The notes: generated by a model not told the origin, from the letters alone. Shown: positions 41,004-54,700, counted from the stretch's first letter. The stretch is DNA of 64,000 nucleotides from Podarcis pityusensis (GCA_964106645.2 OZ067040.1); one strand, 5' to 3'. Numbers and translations: made by a program.

Positions 41004-41630
41004 AGGAAAGGAGTGCCTGGCGTGCTCTGGTCCATGGGGTCACGAAGAGTTGGACATGACTAAAAGACTAAACAACAACAACAGGGAAAGGAGTGGCAGA
41101 CGGGAGTGCCTGGCGTGCTCTGGTCCATGGGGTCACGAAGAGTTGGACACGACTAAAAGACTAAACAACAACAACAGGGAAAGGAGTGGCAGACGGGAGT
41201 GCCTGGCGTGCTCTGGTCCATGGGGTCACGAAGAGTTGGACACGACTAAAAGACTAAACAACAACAACAGGGAAAGGAGTGGCAGACGGGAGTGCCTGGC
41301 GTGCTCTGGTCCATGGGGTCACGAAGAGTTGGACACAACTAAAAGACTAAACAACAACAACAGGGAAAGGAGTGGCAGACGGGAGTGCCTGGCGTGCTCT
41401 GGTCCATGGGGTCACGAAGAGTTGGACACGACTAAAAGACTAAACAACAACAACAGGGAAAGGAGTGGCAGACGGGAGTGCCTGGCGTGCTCTGGTCCAT
41501 GGGGTCACGAAGAGTTGGACACGACTAAAAGACTAAACAACAACAACAGGGAAAGGAGTGGCAGACGGGAGTGCCTGGCGTGCTCTGGTCAATGGGGTCA
41601 CGAAGAGTGGGACATGACTAAACAACAACA
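41004..41630 (+). repeat. Tandem array, 7 x 93 bp, of RTE/BovB LINE 3' ends
   Basis: gagtgcctggcg recurs at 41011, 41104, 41197, 41290, 41383, 41476 and 41569; the unit carries the BovB 3' text 'tccatggggtcacgaagagttggacacgact' plus a (CAA)n tail. Confidence 0.92.
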
Positions 41631-43022
41631 TAGGTTTGTGGTGAAGTAAAATGGAGTTAGGGGGGAGAACTGTGTATGCCATGTTGAGGTCCTTGGATGA
41701 AAGGAGGGGTATAATTTTAATAACAAATAGATGCAATTTAGGTATGCTAAATGTTTGTTTTCTTTTAAATTATTTTATATGTCTTGGATCCGCCTCAATT
41801 AAATATATATATAATTTTTTTAATCGTTGCTGAAACTTGCATGCATCCCTGTATTCTGCTGTTCTTTTCATCTTTCCATTAATCCTAACTAGGCAGGTTA
41901 TTCAGCTGTTAGTGCACAAAATTCAGGGTAAACAATGCAGTGCTTAACTTAATCCTTTCTCTCCTTTTCATACGGCTTTTATACCATAAATTTTGATGAA
42001 TGTATAGTCACTGTTCAACCTCTGAAGCAAACAGCTCAGTTTTTATCATGTTTACTTGGATTTGAGACCCATTATAATTACTTCTCTAATGCACTTAAAT
42101 GTATCAACATTTCAAACAGAACAAATATTCCAGCATTCTCTCTTATTAAAATAATGTGATACACGTACTGCACTTGTTAAAAATAGTAAGCCAGCTATCA
42201 GAAGATACAGCAGGAAACTGTTGAGATACTAAATGTATCTTAGCATAATCTCTTATTTATAGTCTGTGATGTCAATTAGAGCCTGAATATATATTAATTT
42301 GTGGCTTGGAGGATGTCTTATATTATTGGTATAGAAAAGAAAGCTGAACTTCATGTACAGCTGCAATCCAAGCATGTTTAGAATTATTACTTACCATTAT
42401 TGCCAGGATAGGCGCATTTTAGCAAATAGATATTTCTTAAAGTGAGTCAATCAGCCCATTAAAATTCACTGTCATAAACACATGCTGCAATAAACTGAGC
42501 AATAAAGAAGTATCCGGCTAGAATGGGGATTTAGAAAGGATTGATTTCATTTGTTTGAATGATGAATGGCAATATATATTACGCCTGTAAGAACTTGACT
42601 GATTCCTGGTGGAAACAGTTTACATTAGTAGGTGATTTGCTACCAGAAGAGCTCTGCTAAATAAGATGCTTATAAATATGATACAACTTTAGCAGTTAAA
42701 AAATATTTGTTTGCCATGTCAAAACATCCTACACTCTGCTCCCGCTGCCTCAGAAATACTTCCTCGGCCATTGTCCCCTTTGCTTGCCCTATCTCTTTTT
42801 ATATTGAAGGTATATCTGTTCTGATGTCTAAGTAAGTCTGTGCTGGCAGAGGACGGATGCCCCCTCTGGCTGCCACTGCCTTTCTAACATTGCAGAGGCT
42901 CTGGAGGATCATTTTAAGCCTTAAAAACCTGAATTTTGCAACCCATCAACACCCTTCTGGAAATTTAACTTCTGCATGAATGTGTCAGTATGTTAATAGT
43001 CTTTCAAATTAGATGCAAAACA

Positions 43023-43609
43023 TGCTGGGGGGGGGGGAGATAGATGACACTTCTGGGATAACAGTGGCTGACGTTTGGTTTGGGATAGCTTCTGTAGTTG
43101 GCTATTATCCAAACTTCTCTGATGATAGGGAATATTCATAAATTGTCAAAACTTGTGAGGTTAAGTAGGCAGGAAGTTCTGGGAACAGAGAAACTAGGGG
43201 ACCACAGCTCATACAGACTGTAAAGACAATAGGATGAATAGGGTGGTGGTCTCAACAAGGGAACATGTGACAAAAGGTAGGCTAGGAAGAACTGGGAGGT
43301 GAGGGGATAGGAATATTAATTTGACACAATCAGTCAAATCCTTGGTATAAAACTCTTGCGGGTATTTACATGTGATCTAAACTGCTACTGGTTGGTTTCA
43401 ATCAGCAATCAATTGTATTTCAGCCGCTCTTTGTTTGACTTCAGCAGGCTCAAGACATCCTTGGGGACAGAAGCAGGCACTTCTATTTTAAACAGACACA
43501 CACCAAAAGCTTTTTGCTATGAACAGATTAAGCCATGCACAGCTAAATACTTAATGAGACTTGTGAGGACTGCATTAAACTTGATCTCCCGGCCCTTATG
43601 ACCCCAACA
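43023..43609 (+). mobile_element. Possible solo LTR
   Basis: TGCTGGGG...CCCCAACA near-inverted termini, GTATAAAA near 43345 and ATTAAA near 43574; no TSD seen. Confidence 0.35.
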
Positions 43610-44275
43610 GATGGTGGTTCTGGTAGACCAATGGAAAGTTGCAGAACTTCATACACCCACCAGCATAAACATACAGATGTTTATTTGATGCAATACTCTT
43701 GATAAAAATACACTTGACTCCTGGAAGACAAACCTGATCAGACTTAAGGGTACACTTGCCAGCCTTTCTTCAAAGTCCTGAAACAATACAGATTCTCACC
43801 AGTATCTTTCAGTGTTGATTCTTTTCTGTGTGTTATGTTTAATGTTGTGGTACCTGAATATGAGAGATGTGAAAATTGCGTATAAACACAGCTATACATA
43901 AATTTTCACAAACCACTCTATCTGTCTCTTATCTATCTTCATTCGGGTACCACAACAGTAAACATACTATTGACCCAAGAGCCTAGTCCAGAAATAACCT
44001 TTTTTTAACCTCTGTCCCTGGTGGTTGAACAATGCCCTGTATCGAGTGACTTCTAGGAAAAGAGGTAGGATTAGGTTTCGGTGTTGATCCTCGGCTCAGG
44101 TTAAACCCTATATATACACCTGGGCAACAACACTTCGGTAGCTTAAGCAGCACACGGCGGTGGGAGCTGTTTTCCCTTTTAGAACTACAGTATTCGCGGA
44201 GTGTTAAAGAAAAGCGACTACTTTTCCCAGCAAGCTCTGCGGAAGAAAGTCCCGGCCTGGGCTGCTAACCGAGGC

Positions 44276-44310
44276 TATATAAGCCCTTCGGGCGGCGCGG
44301 GTTTCAGACA
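44276..44310 (+). promoter_or_regulatory. PM20D2 core promoter: TATA box and putative TSS
   Basis: TATATAAG at 44276-44283 with an Inr-like TCA(+1) 30 nt downstream (44306), at the start of the CpG island. Confidence 0.6.
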
Positions 44311-44421
44311 TTTGCCGGTGGCTGTCGTGGTTGCGAAGCTGGTGGCGGCTCTTTTCCTTCTGACGCTGCAGCGCGCTGTTGTTGTTCCCGTTTATTCTCC
44401 CTTAGAACGAGCTCCTTTCCG

Positions 44422-44958
44422 ATGAGGCCGAACGAGGCGTCCGAGGCGCCCGCTCTGGCGGCGCGCCTGGAGGAGCTGAAGCGTCGGGCGGCCGAGTGCA
44501 TCGAGGCGTCGTCGGAGCGGCTGGCCGACCTGAGCCGCGAGATCTGGAGCCGGCCGGAGCTGGCTTACGAGGAGCGCCAGGCTCACGACGCCCTCGCCCG
44601 CTTCTTCGCCGGCCTGGCCCCGGGGTCCTCGCCGGCCGGCGCTTGGCTGGTGCAGCGCAGCTACAAGCTGGAGACGGCCTTGCGGGCGGACTGGCAGTGG
44701 GGCGGCGAGGGAGACGCCGCGGGGGCTGCTCCTGCCGCCGCCGCCGCCGCCGCCGCCGCCGAGGACGGGCAGAAGGCGCCCCTCCGGCTGGGCTTCTTGT
44801 GCGAGTATGACGCCCTGCCGGGCATCGGCCACGCCTGCGGCCACAACCTCATCGCCGAAGTGGGTGCCGCCGCCGCGCTGGGCCTGAAGGGCGCCCTGGA
44901 GAGCCTCCGCCCGAGCGGAGCCGCCGACGGACTGTCCCGCCACGTCCCCGCCGTCAAG
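44422..44958 (+). CDS. PM20D2: Peptidase M20 domain-containing protein 2 (Xaa-Arg / beta-Ala-Lys dipeptidase), exon 1
   Basis: LSREIWSRPELAYEE and the M20D motif LGFLCEYDALPGIGHACGHNLIAE; donor AAG|gtgcag in phase 0. Model: join(44422..44958,45514..45662,51586..51728,56016..56170,57496..57628,60213..60320,61570..61775), 476 aa. Confidence 0.93.
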
Positions 44959-45157
44959 GTGCAGGGTGGGTGGGAGAGGGGGAGAAGCTGCGCCCCGCAT
45001 CTTTTGCCTTCAACCCACAACCTTTCCGAGCCCCCTCTTTTTCTTTCCTTTTTTTTGGGGGGGGGTGGGCTCGCTGGGACGCTGCTGCAGTTCTCACCAT
45101 GCCCATTCTTTGCGTCTTGTTTTCGCAAAGTGCCCTAGAAAGATCTCTGGAGGTGTA

Positions 45158-45383
45158 CAGTGGTACCTCAGGTTACATACGCTTCAGGTTACATACTCCG
45201 CTAACCCAGAAATAGTGCTTCAGGTTAAAAACTTTGCTTCAGGTTGAGAACAGAAATCGTGCTCCGGTGGCACGGCAGCAGGAGGAGGCCCCATTAGCTA
45301 AAGTGGTGCTTCAGGTTAAGAACAGTTTCAGGTTAAGTACGGACCTCCAGAACGAATTAAGTACTTAACCCGAGGTACCGCTA
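45158..45383. mobile_element. Tc1/mariner-type MITE
   Basis: ta|cagtggtacctcaggtta...taacccgaggtaccgct; internal 'cttcaggtt' repeats. Confidence 0.8.
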
Positions 45384-45513
45384 CATATGCAACTTTTAAA
45401 CCTATGGGTAAATAAAGAAAGACCCTCCCGTAAAGAGAGTGCCACGTCCCGCACCCCGGGATGCTTTGGTATTTTGCTGCTCTTCCTGACCCACATGTCA
45501 CCTTTGCTTTCAG

Positions 45514-45662
45514 GTCACCGTGTTGGGCACCCCTGCCGAAGAAGACGGAGGAGGCAAAATCGACTTGATCAAAGCCGGGGCTTTCGATGGTCTGGACGTT
45601 GTTTTCATGGCCCATCCATCCCAAGAAGATGCAGCATATTTGCCCGACGTAGCAGAACATGA
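45514..45662 (+). CDS. PM20D2: PM20D2 exon 2
   Basis: tttcag|GTCACC...CATGA|gtgagt; translates [49 protein letters not shown](D). Confidence 0.96.
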
Positions 45663-47168
45663 GTGAGTAAACTGGAATGGGAGGCATTGTTTACTTGGCC
45701 ATTGTAACAAGCCTTTCACTTTTGATCCACTTTTGAGTTACTCGTTTGGCTTTCCAAAGGGCACTTGGAACAATTTATGTAACGTTCTGCTGCTGTTTCT
45801 AATAAACCGCTAATGAGCACGTGGTGCTTGTGTGGAGCTGTCAAGCGAAACAAGTTTCTACTTCAATTAACTTGTATTACGTGAGGTTTGAGTTTTTATA
45901 CCATAACCGTTAATTCATTATCCTAAAGGGCCCCAGTAAGAAAGGAAGGCTGGGTGGCATTATGAAACAGCTGCCAAGGCCTCTTGTGCCAAAGGTCCTG
46001 TTCTTTCTCACTATGCTGTCCAGAAGCAGCTCACCCACAATTCTCCTACGTACTTTTCCTCTTAGCTGTGCACTGGGGAAAGTTGGGGTGATGTGTGAGG
46101 AAGATATGAGGACCTCCAAAGCCAACCTGCTCCCAGTAACCAGTCCTTCAGTATGGGTGATGGAGTCCATGCACAGAACACAGGTCCATTGGTCTATCTA
46201 GCTCGCCTTGCACTACCTGGAGATGCAGGGGATTGAACCTGCAATTTCCTGAATGCAAAGCAGATGCTGTGCCACTGAGTTACTTCCCATCTTCCTTAAG
46301 CTATATCCTACCCAGTGATCTGCCAGCAAGTTTTAGTTCCAGAACTGCTACTCTCTACATGTTTTTTACTCCCCTGGTTGTTGGGAGGAGGGGGCAGATA
46401 GAGCCTCCATCTAGAGTTGGTCCTAAGATCTTCAGTTATTGACCTTATTCTATATATTTACAATTATATGCACATTCCGAGTAAAGTATTGTATGCAAAA
46501 TTATGTCACTTATGTCACTTTGTAGTGAATTACAGCAGGGCTTCATTTTCAGGGACTTTTACGTATTTGAAACATATCTTTATTCAACATCATCTTATTC
46601 AAGTTGCCTAATGAGCTTCTGTTTTGTTTTGTTTTTAAATCAGTTGGACCAGTAGCTAGGTAACCCTAACAATGATTTTTTAATTTAGCTCAAGGTATAA
46701 ATTTCATTTCCTGATGTGTGATAGCGTTCATGAAACTGCCAACTTTATTGGAATAGGAGATGCTGCAGTTTAACAAACACCCTTCCACCCACAATTTGTT
46801 TTACTCTTTATACACATTTGTTAATATATTTGAACAGAACCATTATTGGGACTAGAGTTGGTGCTGGGTGTTTTTGAAGTCATTCTGTTTAGTTGGAAGC
46901 AATTCTGGTTATACAATATTTCTTCATGTGATTATTAAAGGAGTTTGTTTCAGCTGATCTCATTACCGAACATCTCCAGAAATTAGATCTGGTGTTTGCC
47001 TGCAATGTAGACCTAAATGTCTTGTGACTCAAAGCTGTACAGTGGAGTGTTAAAAACTTTTGTATTTCCTTTCACATTTCTGCAAAGATGACCACACATA
47101 GGCATATTAAGAACAAGTAGAACTGATGTTCGGCTGTATACAATTAAGATTGTATATAGAATTGAATA

Positions 47169-47402
47169 CAGTGGTACCTCTGCTTACGAACTTAATTCTT
47201 TCTGGAGGTCCGCTCTCAACTCGAAACCGTTCTTAACCTGAGGCGCGCTTTCACTAATGGGGCCTCCTGCGCGCCTCTGGAGCGCGATTTCTGCTCACAT
47301 CCCAGGGCAAAGTTTGCAACCAGGAGACCTACTTCCAGGATAGCAGAGCTTGTAACCCGAAGTGTTCGCAAGGAGGACGGTTCGTAACCAGAGGTGTTAC
47401 TG
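47169..47402. mobile_element. Tc1/mariner-type MITE
   Basis: ta|cagtggtacctctgcttacgaa...ttcgtaaccagaggtgttactg; same family as 45158-45383, opposite orientation. Confidence 0.75.
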
Positions 47403-50400
47403 TGCATTGTGCTTTTCTTAAAAGTTTCTGGCAGTTAACACACCAACCCAGAAATGCAGAGTGCCCCATTCCTCTTGGTATTCTGTTTTTTGACTGCCTT
47501 TCTGCCATAGTGAAGTTCACACCCAGGGTATGATGGCTATGTTGACATCTCAGTAGCCTTCCGTATCAGGAAAGCAGTGGTGTGTTGCAGATATTGCAAT
47601 GACAAACAAGGTATATTTGTAAAAAAAAAAAATTCCTTTGCAAAAGTCGTGATTTTCACCCCAATTGGTTTTTTTGAATAGAAAGGCTCATCTTAAGCCA
47701 CTCAGGGCACCTTTTGTGACTGAAGAGCAGGATAAAAATGCTTTAAATAAATAAAAGGTGTGACTTCATTTCACCACCTAGCTCTCATTGGATCACTAGT
47801 AAATATTACAAGCTTCAAGTGCCTTTCCTCATCGTTAGAGATGGCTTTCCATTTTTGAAGCGAGCTGACCAGCACAGATGATTTCTTGTGACTAGAGGTG
47901 GAAGAACACTTCCTCACTTCTTTTGAAAACCACACAACATCTTTATAGAGACTAAGATGAGATTCCTTCCCCCCTCGACCCCCAATATGTGTGGTAGGGA
48001 TGTTATCCCTTCATAGAAATTTAGTACAGTTTTTTCAGTTTTGTCTTGACTTAATCTTCCTTTGTTCTTCATATTGAACAGAATGGGCACAAAATCTAAT
48101 GCCAGAAGCTATGAGCTTTATAATTAATTGTGGTCTCATGTAACAGATTACTTTAGATCAGTACTAATTCTAATGTTTTCACGTCTTCTTCTGCAGGTGA
48201 TTCATCAAGTAAAAACACAGCCCTTTGAATTGTCTCCATTTGCAGAACATAATATTTTTTTCCCTCCCTGGATGCAGTACACCTGGTGCTTGATCCTCTA
48301 CTCCTGCACAGTAATAGCAGGATTAGCGGGAAGGGAGGTGGTGGACATCAGTATATGAAGACCAACTGGAAACAGAGCTCTGTTGAAAGTGTTTACTTTC
48401 AGATGCTTTTTGTATTCTTAGCTTCCATATCCCTGCACATACCAAAACAACTAGTAGGAAAGTTCTACGCATTTACTTCTCAAAATTGCCATTGTAGTAA
48501 TAGGGATATGTTATTTTTGATACATGGGGCAGTATTGAACTTACAGTACAGTACTGAATTATTGCTTAGAAGTTCAGAGCTCGTTTGAGATTTCCAAGAG
48601 AGAACTGTACAAAGCAAGTTTTTGAATGCTACTCATTTTAGGAATTTATACCCCACCTTTCGCATCCATCTCAAACTGGCTATCACAATTTTTAAAACGT
48701 AGCAGCAAATAAAATTGAGTCAGAAAATAACACTTAAAGCAGTGATCCAATTAAAAGGGTGGTGTGTATCATAACAGGCCACCAAATGCCATTAGCATTC
48801 CAAGCAGACAGAACAGATTTGCCCAAATTGTAATGATGAAGGAACAGTTGAACATATCTAAGAGGAGAGTTCCAGCACTGAAAAGGCACTTCTCCCACTA
48901 GTCACTCACCTAACTTCAGGACGCACAGAGAAAGGCCTTTGACAAATAATTGATGGATTTTATCCTAGTTCTTGGGCCAGGCTACCTTAAGTATTTTTAC
49001 CCAGTTTTCTGTTGAAAAGGCTTCCAGAGCAGATGACATAAGATCAGTAACAAGATGACCTGCTCACAGGCATGCAGTCTGAAAGACAGTGATATTCAGT
49101 GATAGTCATAATATGCTGTAGACCCACTGACAGCAATGGATTTTAGCCCGTTTTAATGGGTCTGGTCTAAGTATGGCTTAGTTGGGTATCACTCACAGCA
49201 CAGAAGGGAAAAGAGGAGGCATAGGGAGGGAAGAGGAAAACAAGCAAACTCAGCTACCAATTTTTGCCAATACATCATACCTCGGTGAGAGGAGCTGTAG
49301 GATTTCATGATTAGCATTTCTAAGTTCAACAGCAGTGTTGAATCAACATTTCCAGTAGCTCTCAGTAGACTGATAGTATAGACCTTTTAACTATATATGC
49401 ATAAGGATGGAAGAGCACTGGCATTCTGAGCTTAACAACAGTATTCCCTATGATTCAGTTGGGACAGAAGTATGATTCTCTTGTTTCTCTTATCTATAGC
49501 ATTTATGCTGCTTCTCTATCCTACTTTATATAACTTATGCTACTGAACTCCATAGCCTGGCATGACCCTGAAAGGCTGGGCTGTCTTCGGATATAGCTTT
49601 ATATGTTGCACCTAGCATGTATTGCTGGGGTTATGTTTGGGTCATGTTGGAAGTGGATAGTGCTGATACACAGCATATCCACATTTATTTAACAATGTTT
49701 TTATAACACTTGATTCTAGGAAAACCTCAGCAACAAATATTCTGCACTCTGGAAAACTGTTTGCTGAATTCTTCATAGTTTTTGGTTGGGAAATGTGTCA
49801 AGTTTGTCTTCACACAGGACATTGCAAACTGCTGTCTTTACCTTTGGCTTTTGTGTTTGTCCTAACCTTTTCGTTATAATTTCTGTCAAGTTTTATTAAA
49901 CACATATCAGTGTATTTTTGAACAAAGTCTGCACAGTCTCCAAACTTGGCTGCAGCCAAAGAAGAATAGGTTTGCAACAGAATAACCCACACACCCTAGA
50001 AGATAAATCACGCTTTGAAAATGAAGCCATGTAAGCAAAAGCCTATGCAAGGGTCCCGTGTAATGCGAGACGTTTGGGGTTGTTTGCTCACAGTTCATAG
50101 TGTGCTTAATACCTGTTTCTAATTAATGATTTTTATTACTAAGCCTCAGGTAGTCATCTTACCTAAGTGTAACTCAAGTTTCCCAAGGTCAGAATAAAGT
50201 CATCAGATGTACATATTTAGACTCTTGAGTAGTTGCAATTTGTTGCAGCTGGTTTCATATCTGTATAGATCTCTTAAGTTCTTAGGAAGAATATGATATA
50301 TGCCAGAATATGATAGATAACCAGTGTGGTATTGTGGTTAGAGTGCCAAATCTTCCCTTGGCTGTGAAGCTCACCAACTCAGCATAACCGATCACTTGGG

Positions 50401-51585
50401 GTTGTTGTGAGGGTCGTCTGCAGAGAGAGAAACACCTACATCCCTTTGAGCTCATTGGAGGACAGGTGGGATATAAATGTAGTAAATACATACATAAATA
50501 AATACAAGAGGACATTTACTAATCCTTTGATCCCAGCAGGTTTTATAGGCCAACGTTATAACGGTGCTAGTTCCTTGAACTCTAAATTTTTCATGCTAAT
50601 TTTTTAACATTGCTTTTCAAAATTCAGGTCTGTCTTAGTTGTGATTAAATTTTAATTTAGGATTATGTTGGTTCGAACACAGTTCTTTTTCATGAAAATA
50701 AACAAGGCAAGGTTTTTAAATTTGTCAGGGATACTGCAATCTGTATAATTCAGTTCAGTGGCAGAGCTGGCCATCTGATCTTTTTAAATTTAGAAAATGC
50801 AGTGGTTTTTTTGGTTTTTTTAAAAAAGGTAGAAAACACTGCAGCAGTTATTCAATATTATTGCTAATAGTAAAGCATCTGTTGTGTTCTGTAAATTCTA
50901 TCATCCTGACAAACCAAATGGTTCTGGTTAAGGCAGCTCAGAATGCATGGAGCTCCTCCATTGAGAATGGTTCCCCCCATTCAGTGGATGAACCATGTAT
51001 AAATAAACATTTATGTGTACTTCCTTCTCATGAAATGCTTGAATTGTTCTCTATTTGGAAAGGATCTCTGGATGAGGACAATTGTGTTGGGTATTGTAAT
51101 TGAGGGGAGGTGGTGAACTGAGTTGTCAGGAAATCTCACACCAGTTGATTGTAGTTTGTTATTTGCTTCACGCCTTTTGAAAATGTCTGTTTTCTTAGTT
51201 GATTTGTTAAGATATTTCTCTACCAGACACAATTTATTTCTGTCTAATATACTAATATTCTTTATTTCCACAGAAGTTAGTTCCTGTCTTGTATGTACCT
51301 ATTTCAGTACACGTGGTCCATATAAATGTCAGACTTGGTTTTGTGATGACAAAGATCAGCTTTGAGTATCAAAGCTCTGTATTGAATACCTCCTACTCTC
51401 AAAACATGTTGGTCTGTTTTTCCAGCAATTATCTTTATAGAGGATTGAGGTTAAAAAAAAATCAAACCCCTATATTATAGCATAGACCTTTATCTCATTA
51501 GAACTTAAGTTCGTTGAATGAATCCAAAGGGATATTTTTCCTTTCAAAAAGTGTTTAAAAACCAGTGATGGCTTTTATTTCCTAG

Positions 51586-51728
51586 TGTGACTGTGAAATA
51601 CTATGGAAAAGCTTCTCATGCTGCTGCTTACCCTTGGGAAGGAGTAAATGCATTAGATGCTGCTGTTCTTGCATACAACAATCTGTCAGTTTTAAGACAG
51701 CAAATGAAACCAACATGGAGAGTTCATG
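51586..51728 (+). CDS. PM20D2: PM20D2 exon 3
   Basis: ttcctag|TGTGACT...CATG|gtgaga; translates [47 protein letters not shown](G). Confidence 0.96.
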
Positions 51729-54700
51729 GTGAGATGTTCATTAAATCTTATGTCCAGCAAGTAATACTTCAGGCACTGTTTTATAATGTATCTGGCATGT
51801 TAACATTAAAATGAAAATGGCTGTTCATGTGTTTAGTTTTCTGATAAATGTTCAATCTGTTGGTAAAGTTGAAAGTTCTTTAAGAGCTATACAACTTTGG
51901 TATGGATATGTTCACTTAATAGACTTTGGTCATGTTTTCCCAAAACAATATGTCAGGGTTGTTTGCTTAAAAAACCATATTGTGTGAGCTGCATCCTGGT
52001 GTATGCAGCCCATAGGTAATTGAACCCATATAGCAAGATGTCTGAAGTTTGGATTGTGATTTGTTTCACCCTAACAAGCTATGTTTACTTAGTTTGTTGT
52101 TGGCAAATTCTCACTTGTTAGGGAGAACAAACCACGAACCCAAGTTTGGATGTTGTTCTAAGCTGATTTTATCTGCTCATACCAGGGGTGGTGAGAGCAG
52201 TCAGGCTCCATGTATGGTTTAATTAGCCAAGGTTAATGAACGTTCATCAGATGGTGATTGGTGTTAAGGTTGAGTATTATGATGGCAGATACCTGCAATA
52301 ATGTGTATTGTAACAGCGAGTCTTCACACATTTGTTTTCCCCCCAAATGTGGGTTATCATACCCTGGCAGTTGGTGCAGCTCTCTATTTCTCCTTCCATC
52401 TTTTTTATGCTTTGGGGATGCTTATAGGATCTGCTCCTCACCCTTAGTCAGAGGTTAGAATGCATGCTGTGCTAAGCTTGTATCATCCAGATGTGTAAAG
52501 CATACGAGTTACATACTCATAAGTGTCTGTAACACAAGCTCTGCAGTTCATGCAACTGATACATTTATTAGTGGAGTCCTGGAAGAGGTGATGGTTATAT
52601 AATTGAATGCTCAAATAGCGTTCCAGTTTAGCTTTTCTATTAAGTGCTAGTTAACTATATATAGGGATTATTGTGAGGATGAGGCACAGTTTTGTAAGCT
52701 GCAAGGCTGAAGTGCTATGGTCCACACTTGAGTTTTAGCATGTAGTCTACTGTTTGTCTATACCTGACCATAATAATATGGGTCTAACTGTAGAAGGATT
52801 TCTAGTTTATACAACGTCGTTTAAAAATATGTGGCAACTAATCTAGACAGCTAACCAAAGGGATCAAATTAGCCATAAACACTTGCAATTCATTAACTTG
52901 ACTGAAGTTAGTTAATAGTGAAAAGGTTTGGTTTCCATCTGCATGGTAAAGTAACTATTGTTCTAAAAGCCCAATAGGCCCATCAGGCAGTTTTGACCAA
53001 CCCACAGCTACCTATCCTACACCTCTGGTCCTACCCATGAGGTCAGGTGTGAGGCAGGTAAAGTTGCACCTGGGCCACAGAGGAGATTGGAGGCACTGCT
53101 GATGTGTGTTGGGCTGACACTTTGAAACCCTGACTGTCAGCTGATTATCAGGCCTTCAAAGCATCGCCCCAACAATCAGCTTTGATCAGCTTCTCTCAGG
53201 AGTTCCCCATTGGATACCTCTCCACCCTATTGGATAAACTCTCATCCAGAAGCACCCATATGATTTATGTTGCTGTTTGATTTCCAAAGCAATGGCGTTA
53301 ATACCTTCCAGACAGAATTATGGGTCACTGTTGTAGTACTTCTGAATACTGCATAAAAAAATATTCTCAGTGGAAGATTCCCCCTCACCCCATATAAACT
53401 AAAATGTAAAAGGTTTTGAGCAACTTGCCATCCATAATACTTTCAATTTAAAGTAACATGGTCTTTCTGACTTGTTACTTTTTCTCGTCTTTGTTTCCTC
53501 CCATCAAATTTCTGCCCTTGTTAATGTTTATCTGTACTAGAGCTATCAAATAAGAATAGCAAATTGAAAAGAGTGAGGCAAAGTTCATCTCTTAGTGATG
53601 ATAAGAAAGGATTGGTATGTCTTCTTGCATTCCCAATTTGTTTTTGTTTTTTTGTGATGTGCCCTTCATAGCACGTAGTTGCTGGTTAAACTGGTTGGAG
53701 TAGCTCTACTTCTTTTTAACTCCCCCCTCCCCATAGGCAAGGTTACCTTGCTGGTCAATATTTAGTTTTTTATGTGGTCATGAAAGCTAATGGTAATTAG
53801 TTTTCTTTGCACAAAACCATTAAATTATTTAAAGCATTTGTGGCCCAGGCAGCACTGCAAGTGATTTGCTGCTTTTAAAGTGATAATTTTCCATTAAAAT
53901 ACTCTTAGCATGTGCATGGTTTAAATCTTACACATTTTTGTATGATGGGCCTTCTTGCTCTTGTGAGCATTGGTACCTTATTGAGGCCAAATTGGATTAT
54001 ACAACCAGTATCAGAAAAGCACTGTGCACTGCCCTGTCTGCATCTTCCCAGCTAGTTTGTGCAGAAACACATGAGAATGAGATTATACCAGCAGTGTACC
54101 ACTTGGTTTTTCTATAGCCTGTTTATCAACCATATATAGAGATAGCATCTCAAAAGTCTTGTACATATTGAAGCTTAGTCAAAGTGTGCATATTGATGCC
54201 ACAGCATGGTGCAAGCATGGGCTTGCTCTTTAGAATAATACTTAGAATAATACATTTTGGGATAACCTGTGCTTGTAGGAACTTTGTTGAATCTTAGCGG
54301 AAGCAAAGACAACAACTAGTTTTGCTACACATGGATGGCATTCTCAGGAGCTCTCTTGAGTATTGCCTCTCACCTGTGAGCCAGCCAGTTTTTGCTTAAA
54401 GTTAAACCTTTCTATTTCTACACTCACTTTGATTTGCTTCATACAACTGTTGCATAATGTAAAAGTGATTCTTGGAGCAGGGAAGCTTGCCAGTTTTATG
54501 TACATGGCCTAATAAAATTTAGATGGTTTATAAATATTAGATGCAGCTTTCAGTTTTGCTGCCAATGTTCAGTTACTGTAGTGTAGCAGATGGATTCTAG
54601 CAAGTGATTTGAATAGCCCAAGACAACTAACGAACTATTCAGGTAAGCAACTATTCCAGGTATATTGAAGAAACCTAAAAATAATTTACTGCCTTAAAAT

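Noticed and set aside
41050-41649. 199-aa repeat protein ORF or CRISPR-like array
   Set aside because: A by-product of a 93-bp tandem unit; there are no unique spacers or cas genes and the DNA is eukaryotic.
44959-45138. C-terminal part of the 238-aa ORF 44422-45138
   Set aside because: Read-through into intron 1; PM20D2 homology resumes at 45514.
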